This document shows, piece by piece, positions 1-9,728 of a stretch of 50,731 nt of DNA. The notes beneath the pieces are model-generated. The model worked only from the letters and a program-made list of their open reading frames with translations. It did not search any database and was not told where the DNA came from. The translations under genes were made by a program, and so were the position numbers. The first letter of the stretch is position 1, and each line of letters starts with the position of its first letter. Source of the stretch: a bacterium (GTDB lineage: Bacteria > JACRDZ01 > JAQUKH01); contig JAQUKH010000019.1 of assembly GCA_028719205.1 (NCBI GenBank), positions 1 through 50,731 on the forward strand, given 5' to 3'.

Positions 1-53
1 TCTATCCATTTTTTTATCTCATTCTTATTAGCGCTATCAATAAATATTTCCAT
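1..53 (-). CDS. tal: Transaldolase / fructose-6-phosphate aldolase family protein, 5' end only (runs off the window)
   Basis: Not in the ORF track. Minus-strand reading from ATG at 53 gives MEIFIDSANKNEIKKWI, matching the transaldolase N-terminal pattern (xFxDxAN..EI). It is preceded by the SD-like AAAGGGGA. Only 17 codons are visible. Confidence 0.7.
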   Translation of the reverse strand, partial: MEIFIDSANKNEIKKWI

Positions 54-80
54 TTATTCCCCTTTCTTTAATAAAATATT

Positions 81-347
81 CTAAATATTTTTTTTATAAT
101 GTTTAATTTTAAGATAAACAAGTATAGCCGCGATTAAAGTCGCAAAGGACACGATATTGGCCGAAATTATTACAACGTCTCTAAGATGAACCCCGTATAT
201 TATCCAAAGGAACACTCCGGCGCTGAATTGAACTAACGTTAATAAACTGATATTCTCAACAGAATTCTTTTTTCGCATCTCGATTATCTGCGGAATAAAC
301 CCGAACATTGTAAGAGAAGCCGCTATAAAACCTATCAATTGCCACAT
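81..347 (-). CDS. SemiSWEET / PQ-loop small membrane transporter
   Basis: 88 aa with three hydrophobic helices; IGFIAASLT..GFIPQII (PQ motif), ISL, LWIIYG and AN motifs typical of SemiSWEETs. Confidence 0.85.
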   Translation of the reverse strand: MWQLIGFIAASLTMFGFIPQIIEMRKKNSVENISLLTLVQFSAGVFLWIIYGVHLRDVVIISANIVSFATLIAAILVYLKIKHYKKNI

Positions 348-350
348 AGT

Positions 351-1670
351 TTATTTCGTTAAAATCCTTCCTACTCCGAAATACTCAAATCCTAATCTGA
401 TAATTTTATCAGGTTCAAACATATTTCTAAGGTCAAAAACAAGTTTATTTTTCAGTAACTTTTTTATTTTCGCGAAATCTATCTCGCGGAATTCATTCCA
501 TTCAGTAAGAAATACTATAGCATCGCTATTTTGCGCCACAGAATAGCTGTCGTCACAAAATTCAATTTTTGAAGAAAATATTTTTTTTGCCTCATTCATG
601 GCTATAGGATCAAACGCCTTTATCTTAGCCCCTTTTTTTAACAACTCATTAATTATAACTATAGCAGGCGCGTCCCGCATATCATCAGTATTCGGTTTAA
701 AAGAAAGGCCTAAGATCCCTATGGTCTTACCTTTAACATTTCCTATTCTTTCTTCAATTTTTCTAACCATCCATAATTTCTGATTTTTATTAACTTCCAT
801 TACCGCCTTAGCGATCTTAAAATCATAACCAACCTGTTTGGCAAGAAATTCCAGGCCTGATATATCCTTTGGAAAACATGAGCCTCCATAACCCGGCCCC
901 GCGTGCAAAAATTTGGAACCGATCCTCTCGTCCAATCCCATACCGCGCGACACAATCTTAACATCGGCCCCTACCAATTCGCATAAACGTGAAATTTCAT
1001 TAATAAAAGAGACTTTTGTGGCAAGAAACGCGTTTGCGGCATATTTGATCATCTCCGCTGTTTCTAAATTGGTGGCTACAAAATAAGTTCCTGTGCTTAA
1101 AAACAGGCTGTCATATATATCTTTCATTATTTTTAGCGCCTTTTTATGTTCTGTCCCAATCACAACACGATTGGGCCTCATAAAATCCTGTACGGCTGAA
1201 CCTTCTTTTAAGAATTCAGGATTTGATACCATATCAAAGGAAATGTGTTTATTCTTTAAATTATCACTTATGATCTTTGCTATACGCCTGCAGGTTCCAA
1301 CCGGCACAGTACTTTTGTTCACTACTACTTTATAAGAATTAATACTTTTTCCGATGTGCGCGGCTACAGATTCTACCGCGCTGAGATCCGCCTCGCCATT
1401 TGATTTACTTGGCGTTCCCACAGCGATAAATATCACCTTTGAAGCCTTGATCTCGGCATCCAGGTCCGTGCTGAACCTTAACCGCCTGTTTTTCATATTA
1501 TTTTTCAGTATTTCTTCCAATCCAGGTTCATATATAGGAATGATCCCCTGTTTTAGCTTATCTATCTTTTCCTTATTAATATCAACACAAACAATATTGT
1601 TCCCAAGATCCGCGAGACAAACGCCCGCGACAAGGCCTACATATCCTGTTCCGATAACACATATTTTCAT
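351..1670 (-). CDS. ugd: UDP-glucose 6-dehydrogenase
   Basis: GTGYVG Rossmann motif, [24 protein letters not shown], catalytic [22 protein letters not shown]. Confidence 0.95.
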   Translation of the reverse strand: MKICVIGTGYVGLVAGVCLADLGNNIVCVDINKEKIDKLKQGIIPIYEPGLEEILKNNMKNRRLRFSTDLDAEIKASKVIFIAVGTPSKSNGEADLSAVESVAAHIGKSINSYKVVVNKSTVPVGTCRRIAKIISDNLKNKHISFDMVSNPEFLKEGSAVQDFMRPNRVVIGTEHKKALKIMKDIYDSLFLSTGTYFVATNLETAEMIKYAANAFLATKVSFINEISRLCELVGADVKIVSRGMGLDERIGSKFLHAGPGYGGSCFPKDISGLEFLAKQVGYDFKIAKAVMEVNKNQKLWMVRKIEERIGNVKGKTIGILGLSFKPNTDDMRDAPAIVIINELLKKGAKIKAFDPIAMNEAKKIFSSKIEFCDDSYSVAQNSDAIVFLTEWNEFREIDFAKIKKLLKNKLVFDLRNMFEPDKIIRLGFEYFGVGRILTK

Positions 1671-2623
1671 AAAATCCCCCCTTGTTCTTTAAACCAATTA
1701 ACTGTTCTGGAAATTCCATCTTTCATAGAAACTTTAGGGCTCCATTTCAATATCTTTTTAGCTTTTGTTATATCCGGTTTGCGCATCTTCGGATCATCCT
1801 GAGGTAACGGATAAAAAATAATTTTGCTTTTGCTGCCTGTAAACACTTTTATAATATTCGCGAATTCCAGAACCGTCAACTCATACGGATTCCCTAAATT
1901 TACAGGCCCGATTTCTCTGGAACGCATCATTTTATATATCCCGTCAACAAGATCGGAAACATAACAAAAACTGCGGGTCTGTTTTCCATTTCCAAAAATA
2001 GTTAAAGACTTTCCTTTTAAGGCCTGGTCAATAAAAGTAGGAACTATGCGGCCGTCATCAATTTGCATACGAGGGCCAAATGTATTAAAAATACGTATAA
2101 CCCTTATGTCAACATTATAATAACGATGATACGCGAATGTAATGGCCTCCGCGTAACGTTTTGCTTCATCGTAAACCGCGCGCGGCCCGATCGAATTCAC
2201 ATTACCCCAGTAGGTTTCTTTTTGCGGGTGCATTAAAGGGTCACCGTAAATTTCAGAAGTGGAAGCGAGAAAAAACACCGCGTTTTTCTTCAGGGCCAGT
2301 TGTAAGGTATTTTCTGTGCCCAAAGAACCTACCCTGAGTGTCTCAATCGGATATTTCAAATAATATACCGGGCTGGCAGGAGACGCAAAGTTCAGAACAT
2401 AGTCCAAGTCTTCTTTTACATTTAAATAATCAGTAATATCATGTTCGATAAATTTAAAATTTTTGTTGTTTAAAAGATGATAAATATTATCCTTTGTTCC
2501 TGTAATAAAATTATCAACGCATATAACATAATACCCTTTTTTTATAAAAAAATCGCATAAATGCGACCCTATAAAACCCGCTCCGCCCGCGATCAAAATA
2601 TTTTTTTTATTACTTTTAATCAT
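1667..2623 (-). CDS. uxs: UDP-glucuronate decarboxylase (UDP-xylose synthase) family SDR
   Basis: [63 protein letters not shown]. Confidence 0.9.
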   Translation of the reverse strand: MIKSNKKNILIAGGAGFIGSHLCDFFIKKGYYVICVDNFITGTKDNIYHLLNNKNFKFIEHDITDYLNVKEDLDYVLNFASPASPVYYLKYPIETLRVGSLGTENTLQLALKKNAVFFLASTSEIYGDPLMHPQKETYWGNVNSIGPRAVYDEAKRYAEAITFAYHRYYNVDIRVIRIFNTFGPRMQIDDGRIVPTFIDQALKGKSLTIFGNGKQTRSFCYVSDLVDGIYKMMRSREIGPVNLGNPYELTVLEFANIIKVFTGSKSKIIFYPLPQDDPKMRKPDITKAKKILKWSPKVSMKDGISRTVNWFKEQGGIL

Positions 2624-2646
2624 AATTACAAAACCCTCTCCAATTA

Positions 2647-2707
2647 ACCTCCCCTACTCCCCTCCTTGGCAAGGAGGGGATAAAGGGGTGGTACCTCCCC
2701 TAGTCCC
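2647..2707. repeat. GC-rich intergenic palindrome (REP-like hairpin) plus a partial second copy
   Basis: TCCCCTCCTTG (2658-2668) and CAAGGAGGGGA (2670-2680) form a perfect inverted repeat. Outer arms ACCTCCCCT (2647-2655) and AGGGGTGGT (2684-2692) pair with one mismatch. ACCTCCCCTAnTCCC recurs directly at 2647-2661 and 2693-2707. Confidence 0.8.
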
Positions 2708-3284
2708 TAAACAATTCAGCCTCTACAAACTCACAGAGGATATGTCCTATTAGAATATGCGCCTCCTGAACCCTCGGAGTAACAGATGAAGGAACATTAA
2801 TACAACAATCCGTCAGCTTAGAAATAAGATTTCCCTTATCATTGTTTGTTAAACCGATAGTCTTTAATCCGATATCTTTGGCTGTCTTAATTGCTTCAAT
2901 GACATTTTTTGAATTGCCGCTTGTTGAGATCGCGATCAAGATATCGCCCTTTTTACCCTTAGCCTCTACCTGCCTTGAATAGACTTTATCAAAACTATAA
3001 TCATTCCCGATCGCGGTAAGTGAAGATGTATTTATAGTCAATGTCTCCGCGTCCAGCGCTTTTCTCTCAATATAAAATCTGCTGACAAATTCAGTCGCAA
3101 TATGCTGAGAATCCGCAGCACTGCCTCCATTTCCACAAAGCAATAATTTACTTCCGGACTTAAAGGCTTCAAACAGCAAAACACCTGCCTCTTTTATTTT
3201 TAAACACAACTTTGGATCATTTTTTAATAAAATAACGGTCTTTACATGTTCATCCAATATTTTATTTAATAATTGCTCTGTCAT
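2700..3284 (-). CDS. gmhA: D-sedoheptulose 7-phosphate isomerase
   Basis: CGNGGSAADSQH, TAIGNDY, ISTSGNS.NV, TPRVQEAH...GH..C motifs. Confidence 0.95.
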   Translation of the reverse strand: MTEQLLNKILDEHVKTVILLKNDPKLCLKIKEAGVLLFEAFKSGSKLLLCGNGGSAADSQHIATEFVSRFYIERKALDAETLTINTSSLTAIGNDYSFDKVYSRQVEAKGKKGDILIAISTSGNSKNVIEAIKTAKDIGLKTIGLTNNDKGNLISKLTDCCINVPSSVTPRVQEAHILIGHILCEFVEAELFRD

Positions 3285-3330
3285 AATATCCTGCCAATCA
3301 TATTTTGCTCCTAAAAATATTTAAGCGCAT

Positions 3331-3339
3331 ATTATATCA
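3331..3339 (-). promoter_or_regulatory. Putative extended -10 promoter (TGnTATAAT) upstream of gmhA-uxs-ugd
   Basis: The minus strand reads TGATATAAT at 3339-3331 within a 91-bp intergenic gap. No good -35 at 17 bp spacing. AT-rich background raises the chance of a false positive. Confidence 0.45.
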
Positions 3340-3375
3340 CATATTTTTTAGAAATTTTCTTTACTATCAACTTTT

Positions 3376-4335
3376 TTATAACATTTTCTGGCAAAGTTGA
3401 AAAATCTCCCGGTCAGTTATCACTATATCTTTATTTTCTTTTTTTCTTTCTCTTTGTATATCAGGGATCTTACTGACAGCCAAAATAAAAGACCGGTAAA
3501 AATCAAAATCTAAAATAATAAAATAGGTAAGGATTTTCCATAACATTGGAAAAAAATGGTATTTAAAAATTGTTTTCAGCTCGCAATTCATCCAAACTAA
3601 TAAAATCCTGTTGCGGTTCATAAGGATCTTAGCGCGTTTTTTCTTATAACTTTCTTTTAGCGTGCCTTGTGACTCGTGATAAACAATACTTTTGGGTTCA
3701 TAAACTGTTTTCCAACCCCTTTTCCACGCCCTGTAACAGATATCAACATCCTCCCAATAAAGTGGATAATAGATGCTATTAATTCCTTCTAAAAGTAAAA
3801 ATTTTTCTCTGGAGTACGCGCAATGCCCTCCTACTGCATAAAAAGAATAAAAAGAAGATTTTTTTTCGATTATATCTTTCGACGGTTCACCGTTCGTTCC
3901 GGCAGAAAACCTGATAAATCCCCTGACAAACTCCCCTTTTTTATGCCCTTCGTTAAAAGTCTTTTTATCATTGAAAAAAGAGCGGCTGCTTACCGCGAAA
4001 ATAGAACTATCATCAAAATATGGAACCAAAGGGGATATAAAATCCTCTTTAACCTCAACATCATTATTTAAAAGAATAGAGATATTATACTTGCTTTCCC
4101 TGATCCCGCGCGTAGCTGTACCGCCGTATCCCAGATTTTTTTCATTCACCAAAAGCTTCACTTCAGGAAATTCCGATTTTATGATTTCCCGGCTTTCATC
4201 AGAGCTTGCGTCATCAACAACAATTATTTCAACAGGGGAATTATAAACACCTGCGGCTCTCCGCACAGATTCTAAACAATTGCGTATAATTTTCGCGCCA
4301 TTCCAGTTTGTTATTACAATACTAACTTTTTCCAT
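3376..4335 (-). CDS. GT2 glycosyltransferase (WbbL/rhamnosyltransferase-like)
   Basis: VSIVITNWNG, VVDDASSD, NLGYG, LLNNDV, YWEDVDICYRAWKRGW and VYH motifs; directly follows rmlB. Confidence 0.8.
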   Translation of the reverse strand: MEKVSIVITNWNGAKIIRNCLESVRRAAGVYNSPVEIIVVDDASSDESREIIKSEFPEVKLLVNEKNLGYGGTATRGIRESKYNISILLNNDVEVKEDFISPLVPYFDDSSIFAVSSRSFFNDKKTFNEGHKKGEFVRGFIRFSAGTNGEPSKDIIEKKSSFYSFYAVGGHCAYSREKFLLLEGINSIYYPLYWEDVDICYRAWKRGWKTVYEPKSIVYHESQGTLKESYKKKRAKILMNRNRILLVWMNCELKTIFKYHFFPMLWKILTYFIILDFDFYRSFILAVSKIPDIQRERKKENKDIVITDREIFQLCQKML

Positions 4336-4369
4336 AATACCAGAGACCTTTTACTGTCTAATCCTTCAA

Positions 4370-5383
4370 TTAATTTATACCCCAGTTCTTCAAATACCAG
4401 TTTATTGTTTTAACGATCCCACTTTCAAAATTCTCTTCCGCTTTCCATCCAAGTTTCAATTCTATTTTTGACGCGTCTATCGCGTAACGCCGGTCATGCC
4501 CCGGCCTGTCCTTTACAAATGTTATCAGATCCTTATAACTTATTGCTACAGGGCAAAGCATATCTAAAACATTACAAATTTTTTCGGCAATATACAAATT
4601 TGTTTTCTCATTTTTGCCGCCTATGTTATAGGTCTCGCCGTTTTCTCCTTTATGGAAGGCCAGATCAACTCCTTTACAATGGTCCAGAACATATAACCAG
4701 TCCCTTATATTTTTACCATCGCCATAAATGGGAACAGGTTTCCCCTTTATCGCGGTCCTTAAAATAGTAGGAATAAGTTTTTCCTGATGCTGTTTAGGCC
4801 CGTAATTATTTGAACAATTTGTTATCACAGTGTTCAATCCATAGGTATGGAAATAACTCCTGACAACCATGTCGCTTGAAGCCTTGCTTGCCGAGTACGG
4901 GCTGTTGGGCCGGTATGGAGTTTCCTCGGTAAAATATCCTGTTTCACCAAGCGTACCGTAAACTTCATCAGTCGATATATGGTGAAACCTTGAACCTTCA
5001 TACAAGGCTTTATATTTAAACGGCGCTTCCATCCAGTAATTCTTCGCGACATCCAGTAAAGTAAAAGTACCCAACACATTTGTCTGCATAAAAATTTCAG
5101 GATTTTCTATGGAATTATCCACATGGGATTCAGCCGCGAAATGGATAACGCTTTTAATGTCAAACTCATTAAAAATAGACCGCACTAACTTTCTATCGCA
5201 AATATCCCCCTTGATAAACTTATACCGCGGGTGATTTTCCACCTCTTTTAGATTTTCGAGGCTGCCCGCGTATGTCAAATTATCAAGATTAACCAGGAAA
5301 TATTCGGGATATTTTCCTATAAAATACGGAACAAAATTACTGCCTATAAAACCTGCGCAACCTGTAACTAAAATTGTTTTCAT
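4370..5383 (-). CDS. rmlB: dTDP-glucose 4,6-dehydratase
   Basis: GCAGFIGSNF, LTYAG, HFAAESHVD, HISTDEVYG, SPYSASKA, CSNNYGP, DRPGHDRRYA. Start placed at ATG 5383 (MKTILVTG) rather than 5410. Confidence 0.95.
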   Translation of the reverse strand: MKTILVTGCAGFIGSNFVPYFIGKYPEYFLVNLDNLTYAGSLENLKEVENHPRYKFIKGDICDRKLVRSIFNEFDIKSVIHFAAESHVDNSIENPEIFMQTNVLGTFTLLDVAKNYWMEAPFKYKALYEGSRFHHISTDEVYGTLGETGYFTEETPYRPNSPYSASKASSDMVVRSYFHTYGLNTVITNCSNNYGPKQHQEKLIPTILRTAIKGKPVPIYGDGKNIRDWLYVLDHCKGVDLAFHKGENGETYNIGGKNEKTNLYIAEKICNVLDMLCPVAISYKDLITFVKDRPGHDRRYAIDASKIELKLGWKAEENFESGIVKTINWYLKNWGIN

Positions 5384-5415
5384 TTTTACCCAAATCATAT
5401 AAATTTTCACTGGAA

Positions 5416-5961
5416 TTAAAAAATTTCAGCTTTATCAATATAAGGAAAATTTTTATCTCTTTCACAAACAACTGTATCGTTTTTATTTATTTTCCAGTCT
5501 ATATTCAAAGTTTTATCATCAAACCTTATTCCTCTCTCAGCTTCTTTTTTATAGTAACCATCAACTTTATAGTTCACAATACATTCACTGCTGAGAACCG
5601 AGAATCCATGCGCGAATCCCTTTGGAATAAACAACTGTCTTTTATTCTCTTCGCTAAGTTCTATCGCTACCTGTTTTGAAAAAGTAGGTGAACCTCTCCT
5701 TATATCCACGGCAACATCAAGTATTTTACCCTTTATTACCCTTATCAGCTTGCTTTGCGCGAAAGGCGGGATTTGATAATGCAGGCCCCTTATTATTCCA
5801 TAAGGTGATTTTGATTCATTATCCTGAATAAAATTTATTTCCCCGATATTTTTTTTAAATAAATTATCTTTAAAGCTTTCAAAAAAATACCCTCTTTCAT
5901 CCAGCCAGACCTTCGGTTCGATAATAAACACATCAGGAATTTCTGTTTTAATAAAATTCAT
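5416..5961 (-). CDS. rmlC: dTDP-4-dehydrorhamnose 3,5-epimerase
   Basis: [38 protein letters not shown] motifs. Confidence 0.95.
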   Translation of the reverse strand: MNFIKTEIPDVFIIEPKVWLDERGYFFESFKDNLFKKNIGEINFIQDNESKSPYGIIRGLHYQIPPFAQSKLIRVIKGKILDVAVDIRRGSPTFSKQVAIELSEENKRQLFIPKGFAHGFSVLSSECIVNYKVDGYYKKEAERGIRFDDKTLNIDWKINKNDTVVCERDKNFPYIDKAEIF

Positions 5962-6841
5962 TAGATCCCCTGTGCACTAAATTTATTAAATATTTCCCGT
6001 ATTGGTTTTTCCTGAGGGGATTCGCGAGTTTTAATAAATCTTTTTTAGATATATATCTTGAAAGATACGCAATTTCTTCAATACAGGCGATTTTTAAACC
6101 TTGCCTGTCTTCTATCGCTTTAATAAATAAACCAGCTTCTGAAAGGCTCTCGTGCGTGCCCGTATCAAGCCAAGCGTACCCTCTTCCCAGCAGTTCAACT
6201 TTAAGCTTTCCTTCCCGCAGGTATTTCTTATTAACATCTGTTATTTCTAATTCCCCTCTTTTTGAAGGTTTAAGATTTTTCGCTATATTTACCACATTGT
6301 TATCATAAAAATATAAACCTGTTACCGCGTAATTTGATTTAGGAACCTTCGGTTTCTCCTCTATTGAAATAACCTTTCCCTTTTTATCAAATTCAGCCAC
6401 TCCATACCTTTCAGGATCATTTACATAATACCCTAAAATAGCTGCCCCGCCTTTTTCACAAATATTATTTGAAGCCTTTCGCAGTAAATCCGTCAAATTA
6501 TGGCCGTAAAATATATTGTCGCCAAGCACAAGACAAACACAGTCATTTCCTATAAATTCCTCACCCAGAATGAACGCCTCCGCCAATCCGTTAGGCTTAG
6601 CCTGCTCCTTATATGAAAAGCTAAGCCCTAACTGCCTTCCGTCGCCAAAGATATCCTTGAATCTCGGTATATCCTGCGGAGTTGAAATAATAAGGATCTC
6701 TCTTATCCCCGCGAGCATCAATACGGATAATGGATAATAGATCATCGGCTTGTCATAAACAGGCAAAAGTTGTTTACAAACAGATAATGTAACTGGATAA
6801 AGTCTTGTGCCGCTTCCGCCGGCTAAAATTATACCTTTCAT
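5948..6841 (-). CDS. rmlA: Glucose-1-phosphate thymidylyltransferase
   Basis: [58 protein letters not shown]. Confidence 0.97.
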   Translation of the reverse strand: MKGIILAGGSGTRLYPVTLSVCKQLLPVYDKPMIYYPLSVLMLAGIREILIISTPQDIPRFKDIFGDGRQLGLSFSYKEQAKPNGLAEAFILGEEFIGNDCVCLVLGDNIFYGHNLTDLLRKASNNICEKGGAAILGYYVNDPERYGVAEFDKKGKVISIEEKPKVPKSNYAVTGLYFYDNNVVNIAKNLKPSKRGELEITDVNKKYLREGKLKVELLGRGYAWLDTGTHESLSEAGLFIKAIEDRQGLKIACIEEIAYLSRYISKKDLLKLANPLRKNQYGKYLINLVHRGSNEFY

Positions 6842-6865
6842 TTATTGCCACCTTTTTTTTAAATA

Positions 6866-6894
6866 ATTATAATATAATTAGTATTTACAATCAA
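6866..6894 (-). promoter_or_regulatory. Putative sigma70 promoter for rmlA-rmlC-rmlB-GT2
   Basis: Minus strand: TTGATT (6894-6889), 17-bp spacer, TATAAT (6871-6866), followed by SD-like AAAGGTGG before the rmlA ATG. Confidence 0.6.
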
Positions 6895-6898
6895 GATA

Positions 6899-7030
6899 TT
6901 ATAATGACTGGCTACAGATCTGACTCTCTGAAATAATATCTGAGACCATCTTTGCGATAGCCGGAGATGCTGTAAGTCCCGGAGATTCAATACCTATCAG
7001 ATTAATAAAACCGGTGAAGGTTATTTTTTT
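6899..7030 (-). pseudogene. C-terminal remnant of an LhgO / L-2-hydroxyglutarate oxidase-family FAD-dependent oxidoreductase
   Basis: Manual minus-strand translation: KKITFTGFINLIGIESPGLTASPAIAKMVSDIISESQICSQSL*. INL.GIESPGLT.S.AIA is the family's C-terminal signature. There is an in-frame TAG at 7033-7031 and no start codon before the motif. Confidence 0.8.
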
Positions 7031-7041
7031 CTATTGTTTTG

Positions 7042-8445
7042 TCATCTGCCATAGAGATCATCTAATCTCTCAATGTCATCCTCACCTAAATACTCACCAT
7101 TCTGGATTTCTATTATTTCTAAAGGCATTTCACCCGGATTTTCGAGCCTATGTATGGTGGTTTTCGGGATATAAGCGGATTCATTTTCTTGTATGATTAA
7201 TTCTTTTTCTCCGATAGTAACTTTCGCGGTCCCTTTTATTACTACCCAGTGTTCCGAACGATGCTTATGTCTCTGGAGGCTCAATTTGGAATTTATATTA
7301 ATTACTATTCTTTTAATTTTATACCGGTCACCTTCTTCAAGAACAGTGTAACTTCCCCAAGGCCTATAAGTACAAGTATGTTCCACTGCTTCTTTACGAT
7401 CACTCTTTTCCAATTTTACAATAAGTTCCTTAACCTTTTGGGAACACCCTCTTTTAGCTATTAAAGTGGCATCAGCAGTATCAATAATAAGGCAGTCTTC
7501 CATTTCTATTGCAGTTATTAATCTTTTGTCACCAATGATAAGGCAATTTTTTGTGCCGATAGTCACAACGTCACCTATTTCAGCGTTACCCGATTTATCT
7601 TTTTCCAATAGATCAAAAAAAGAATCCCATGACCCGATATCGCTCCAATATAGATCCATCGGAATAGTCACAACCCGTTCCGATTTTTCCATAACCGCGT
7701 AATCAATTGAAAGAGAAGGCATCTTATCAAATTCTTTCAACATATCATCAAAATTTTTCTCCAGCAATTTTTCAATTTGAGGGGCATATTTTCTTAGTTC
7801 TTCAATGATAGTGCCAATAGTAAAAGCAAACATTCCTGAATTCCAATAATAATCCCCTGACTCAATATATTTTTGAGCCGTCTCTTTATCCGGCTTCTCC
7901 ACAAACTTCTCTACCTTTAAATAATTGATCTCTTCCGACTTCTTACTTGTGACTTGTGACTTGCAACTTGCAACTTTAATGTATCCATACCCCGTTTCAG
8001 GTTTTAGCGGTTTTATGCCAAAAGTAACCATATAGCCTTCTTTAGCGGTCTCTTCAGCATATTTTAAATACTTATTAAACATATCTTCATTTTTTATCAT
8101 CTGGTCTGACGGCAAAACACATATTACTTCATCTAAACCGCAGCTAAGTTTTTCAATACAGTATTTTACGCCTAAGGCTATCGCCGGAGCGGTATTTTTG
8201 CTCATGGGTTCAAGGATTATATGAGCAGGAAAGAGCGAAGAAATATCGGATTTTACATGAAATTGATATTTATCGTTAGTTATGAAAATAATATCCTTTA
8301 ATGACACCCGCCCTGAAAGCCTTGCTATGGTTTGCTGTAAAAAGGATTTGTCATTATTTATTTTTAAAAATTGTTTCGGATAATTACGCCTGCTCATCGG
8401 CCAAAGCCGTGTCCCTGATCCGCCTGCTAAAATAAATGTTTTCAT
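7042..8445 (-). CDS. manC: Mannose-1-phosphate guanylyltransferase / mannose-6-phosphate isomerase
   Basis: [14 protein letters not shown]...PKQF, KNTAPAI, ETGYGYI, FVEKP, WNSGMF, SIDYAVMEK, WSDIGSW, and a cupin C-terminus (RPWG, LSLQ.H..RSEHW, YLGEDDI). Confidence 0.95.
   Translation of the reverse strand: MKTFILAGGSGTRLWPMSRRNYPKQFLKINNDKSFLQQTIARLSGRVSLKDIIFITNDKYQFHVKSDISSLFPAHIILEPMSKNTAPAIALGVKYCIEKLSCGLDEVICVLPSDQMIKNEDMFNKYLKYAEETAKEGYMVTFGIKPLKPETGYGYIKVASCKSQVTSKKSEEINYLKVEKFVEKPDKETAQKYIESGDYYWNSGMFAFTIGTIIEELRKYAPQIEKLLEKNFDDMLKEFDKMPSLSIDYAVMEKSERVVTIPMDLYWSDIGSWDSFFDLLEKDKSGNAEIGDVVTIGTKNCLIIGDKRLITAIEMEDCLIIDTADATLIAKRGCSQKVKELIVKLEKSDRKEAVEHTCTYRPWGSYTVLEEGDRYKIKRIVININSKLSLQRHKHRSEHWVVIKGTAKVTIGEKELIIQENESAYIPKTTIHRLENPGEMPLEIIEIQNGEYLGEDDIERLDDLYGR
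7938..7979. repeat. Imperfect heptamer tandem repeat (ACTTnnn x6) inside manC
   Basis: ACTTCTT ACTTGTG ACTTGTG ACTTGCA ACTTGCA ACTTTAA = 42 bp, frame-neutral, encoding approximately KVASCKSQVTSKKS. Confidence 0.8.
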
Positions 8446-8459
8446 CCGCCCCTTCTTTT

Positions 8460-9728
8460 TTAATTTTCCTTTTGTTCGTTAGCAATTTTTCCAATTATAA
8501 ATATTAAAGCGATATTAAACCATAAAAACATGGAGATCTTTTCATTCTTATTATGATTGGCAAAAAATATTGTTGTCTGGGAACAAGCAAAATACCCAAT
8601 TAGACTGACATACGCGCTATCAAGTAAATTTTTCAGTTTATAATCTTCCAGTTTATTTCTTATTTTATAATATTTCCTGAAAGGAACAACTATAATTGTT
8701 AAAAAACTAACCAATCCTATTATCCCATTTTCGGAAGCAATATGTAAGAAAATGTTATGCGCGTGCCAACCTTTTCCATAACTCTCAGTTGCCTCCGGCC
8801 TTTTATACTTTTCATAAACTATATCATATGTTCCAGGCCCGATCCCAAAAAAAGGAAAATCTTTTATCATGCTTGCTGAACTTTTCCATGCGGGAATTCT
8901 GTCTCCGGTGGTGTCTTTAAAATTAACCAGGGAAACAGCTCTTTCTTTAAAGGTAGAGGGCAAAATTAAAAACACAAAATAAAAGATTAGAAAAATCAGG
9001 GTAAAAAATCTCCAGTTTTTCAATACATGCATATAAAGTAAAACAAAAACCATAACAACCACCAGAAACCCTATCCAACTGCCCCGTGAATAGCTAACGG
9101 CTACACCTACTGTTAAAACAATTAATCCAGAAATAAAAAAAATCGAGGCAACCAGTTTTTTCTTGTAATTAAGAAGAAATCCGACAAAAAAAGGCATGGT
9201 AAGAACACCGGCACCCCCAAATTCAGCACGCCCGACAAAACTATAATAATTACTGTCACTTATTCCCAATTGTGTCTTAATATGCTGAAAAATACCCCGG
9301 CTAACCGTATAAAGAACAGAAATTAAAAGAACAAATAATATTACTTCAAGTTTATTTTTGTCTTTTATATTATTTATTATCAAATAATAAAAGGCTATAC
9401 AGAGTATAAAATCCCGGAAATATAATAAAGATACTTTCGGGTCAGAGGAAAAGAAAATAGAAAGGATAAAAGTCAGAAGATAAAATAAAACAGGCCAATA
9501 TAAATCAGTTTTTTCCCAGCTTTTTTCTTTATTAACAAGTTTTTTGATTATCCAGATAACTGTTACCGCAATTAAAACATTTCTTAAACTATGGAGGCTT
9601 ACTATTTTATCACTAATAGCAAAATCAAAACCAATTCCACCCATCACGCTAATTAATAATATTATTAAACTTAAAATAAATAGATCAAAATAACCTTCTG
9701 TATTTAAGCTTGAAATTAGTTTTCCCAT
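8460..9728 (-). CDS. O-antigen ligase family membrane protein (WaaL-like)
   Basis: About 12 hydrophobic segments; SYSRGSWIG, R...W, PFFGIGPG, HAHNIFL...E.GIIG motifs of the Wzy_C/WaaL family. Start codon uncertain (no clear SD). Confidence 0.8.
   Translation of the reverse strand: MGKLISSLNTEGYFDLFILSLIILLISVMGGIGFDFAISDKIVSLHSLRNVLIAVTVIWIIKKLVNKEKSWEKTDLYWPVLFYLLTFILSIFFSSDPKVSLLYFRDFILCIAFYYLIINNIKDKNKLEVILFVLLISVLYTVSRGIFQHIKTQLGISDSNYYSFVGRAEFGGAGVLTMPFFVGFLLNYKKKLVASIFFISGLIVLTVGVAVSYSRGSWIGFLVVVMVFVLLYMHVLKNWRFFTLIFLIFYFVFLILPSTFKERAVSLVNFKDTTGDRIPAWKSSASMIKDFPFFGIGPGTYDIVYEKYKRPEATESYGKGWHAHNIFLHIASENGIIGLVSFLTIIVVPFRKYYKIRNKLEDYKLKNLLDSAYVSLIGYFACSQTTIFFANHNKNEKISMFLWFNIALIFIIGKIANEQKEN

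Noticed and set aside
2647-2707. CRISPR repeat or intrinsic terminator
   Set aside because: One palindrome plus a partial copy, no spacer array, no cas genes and no U-tract.
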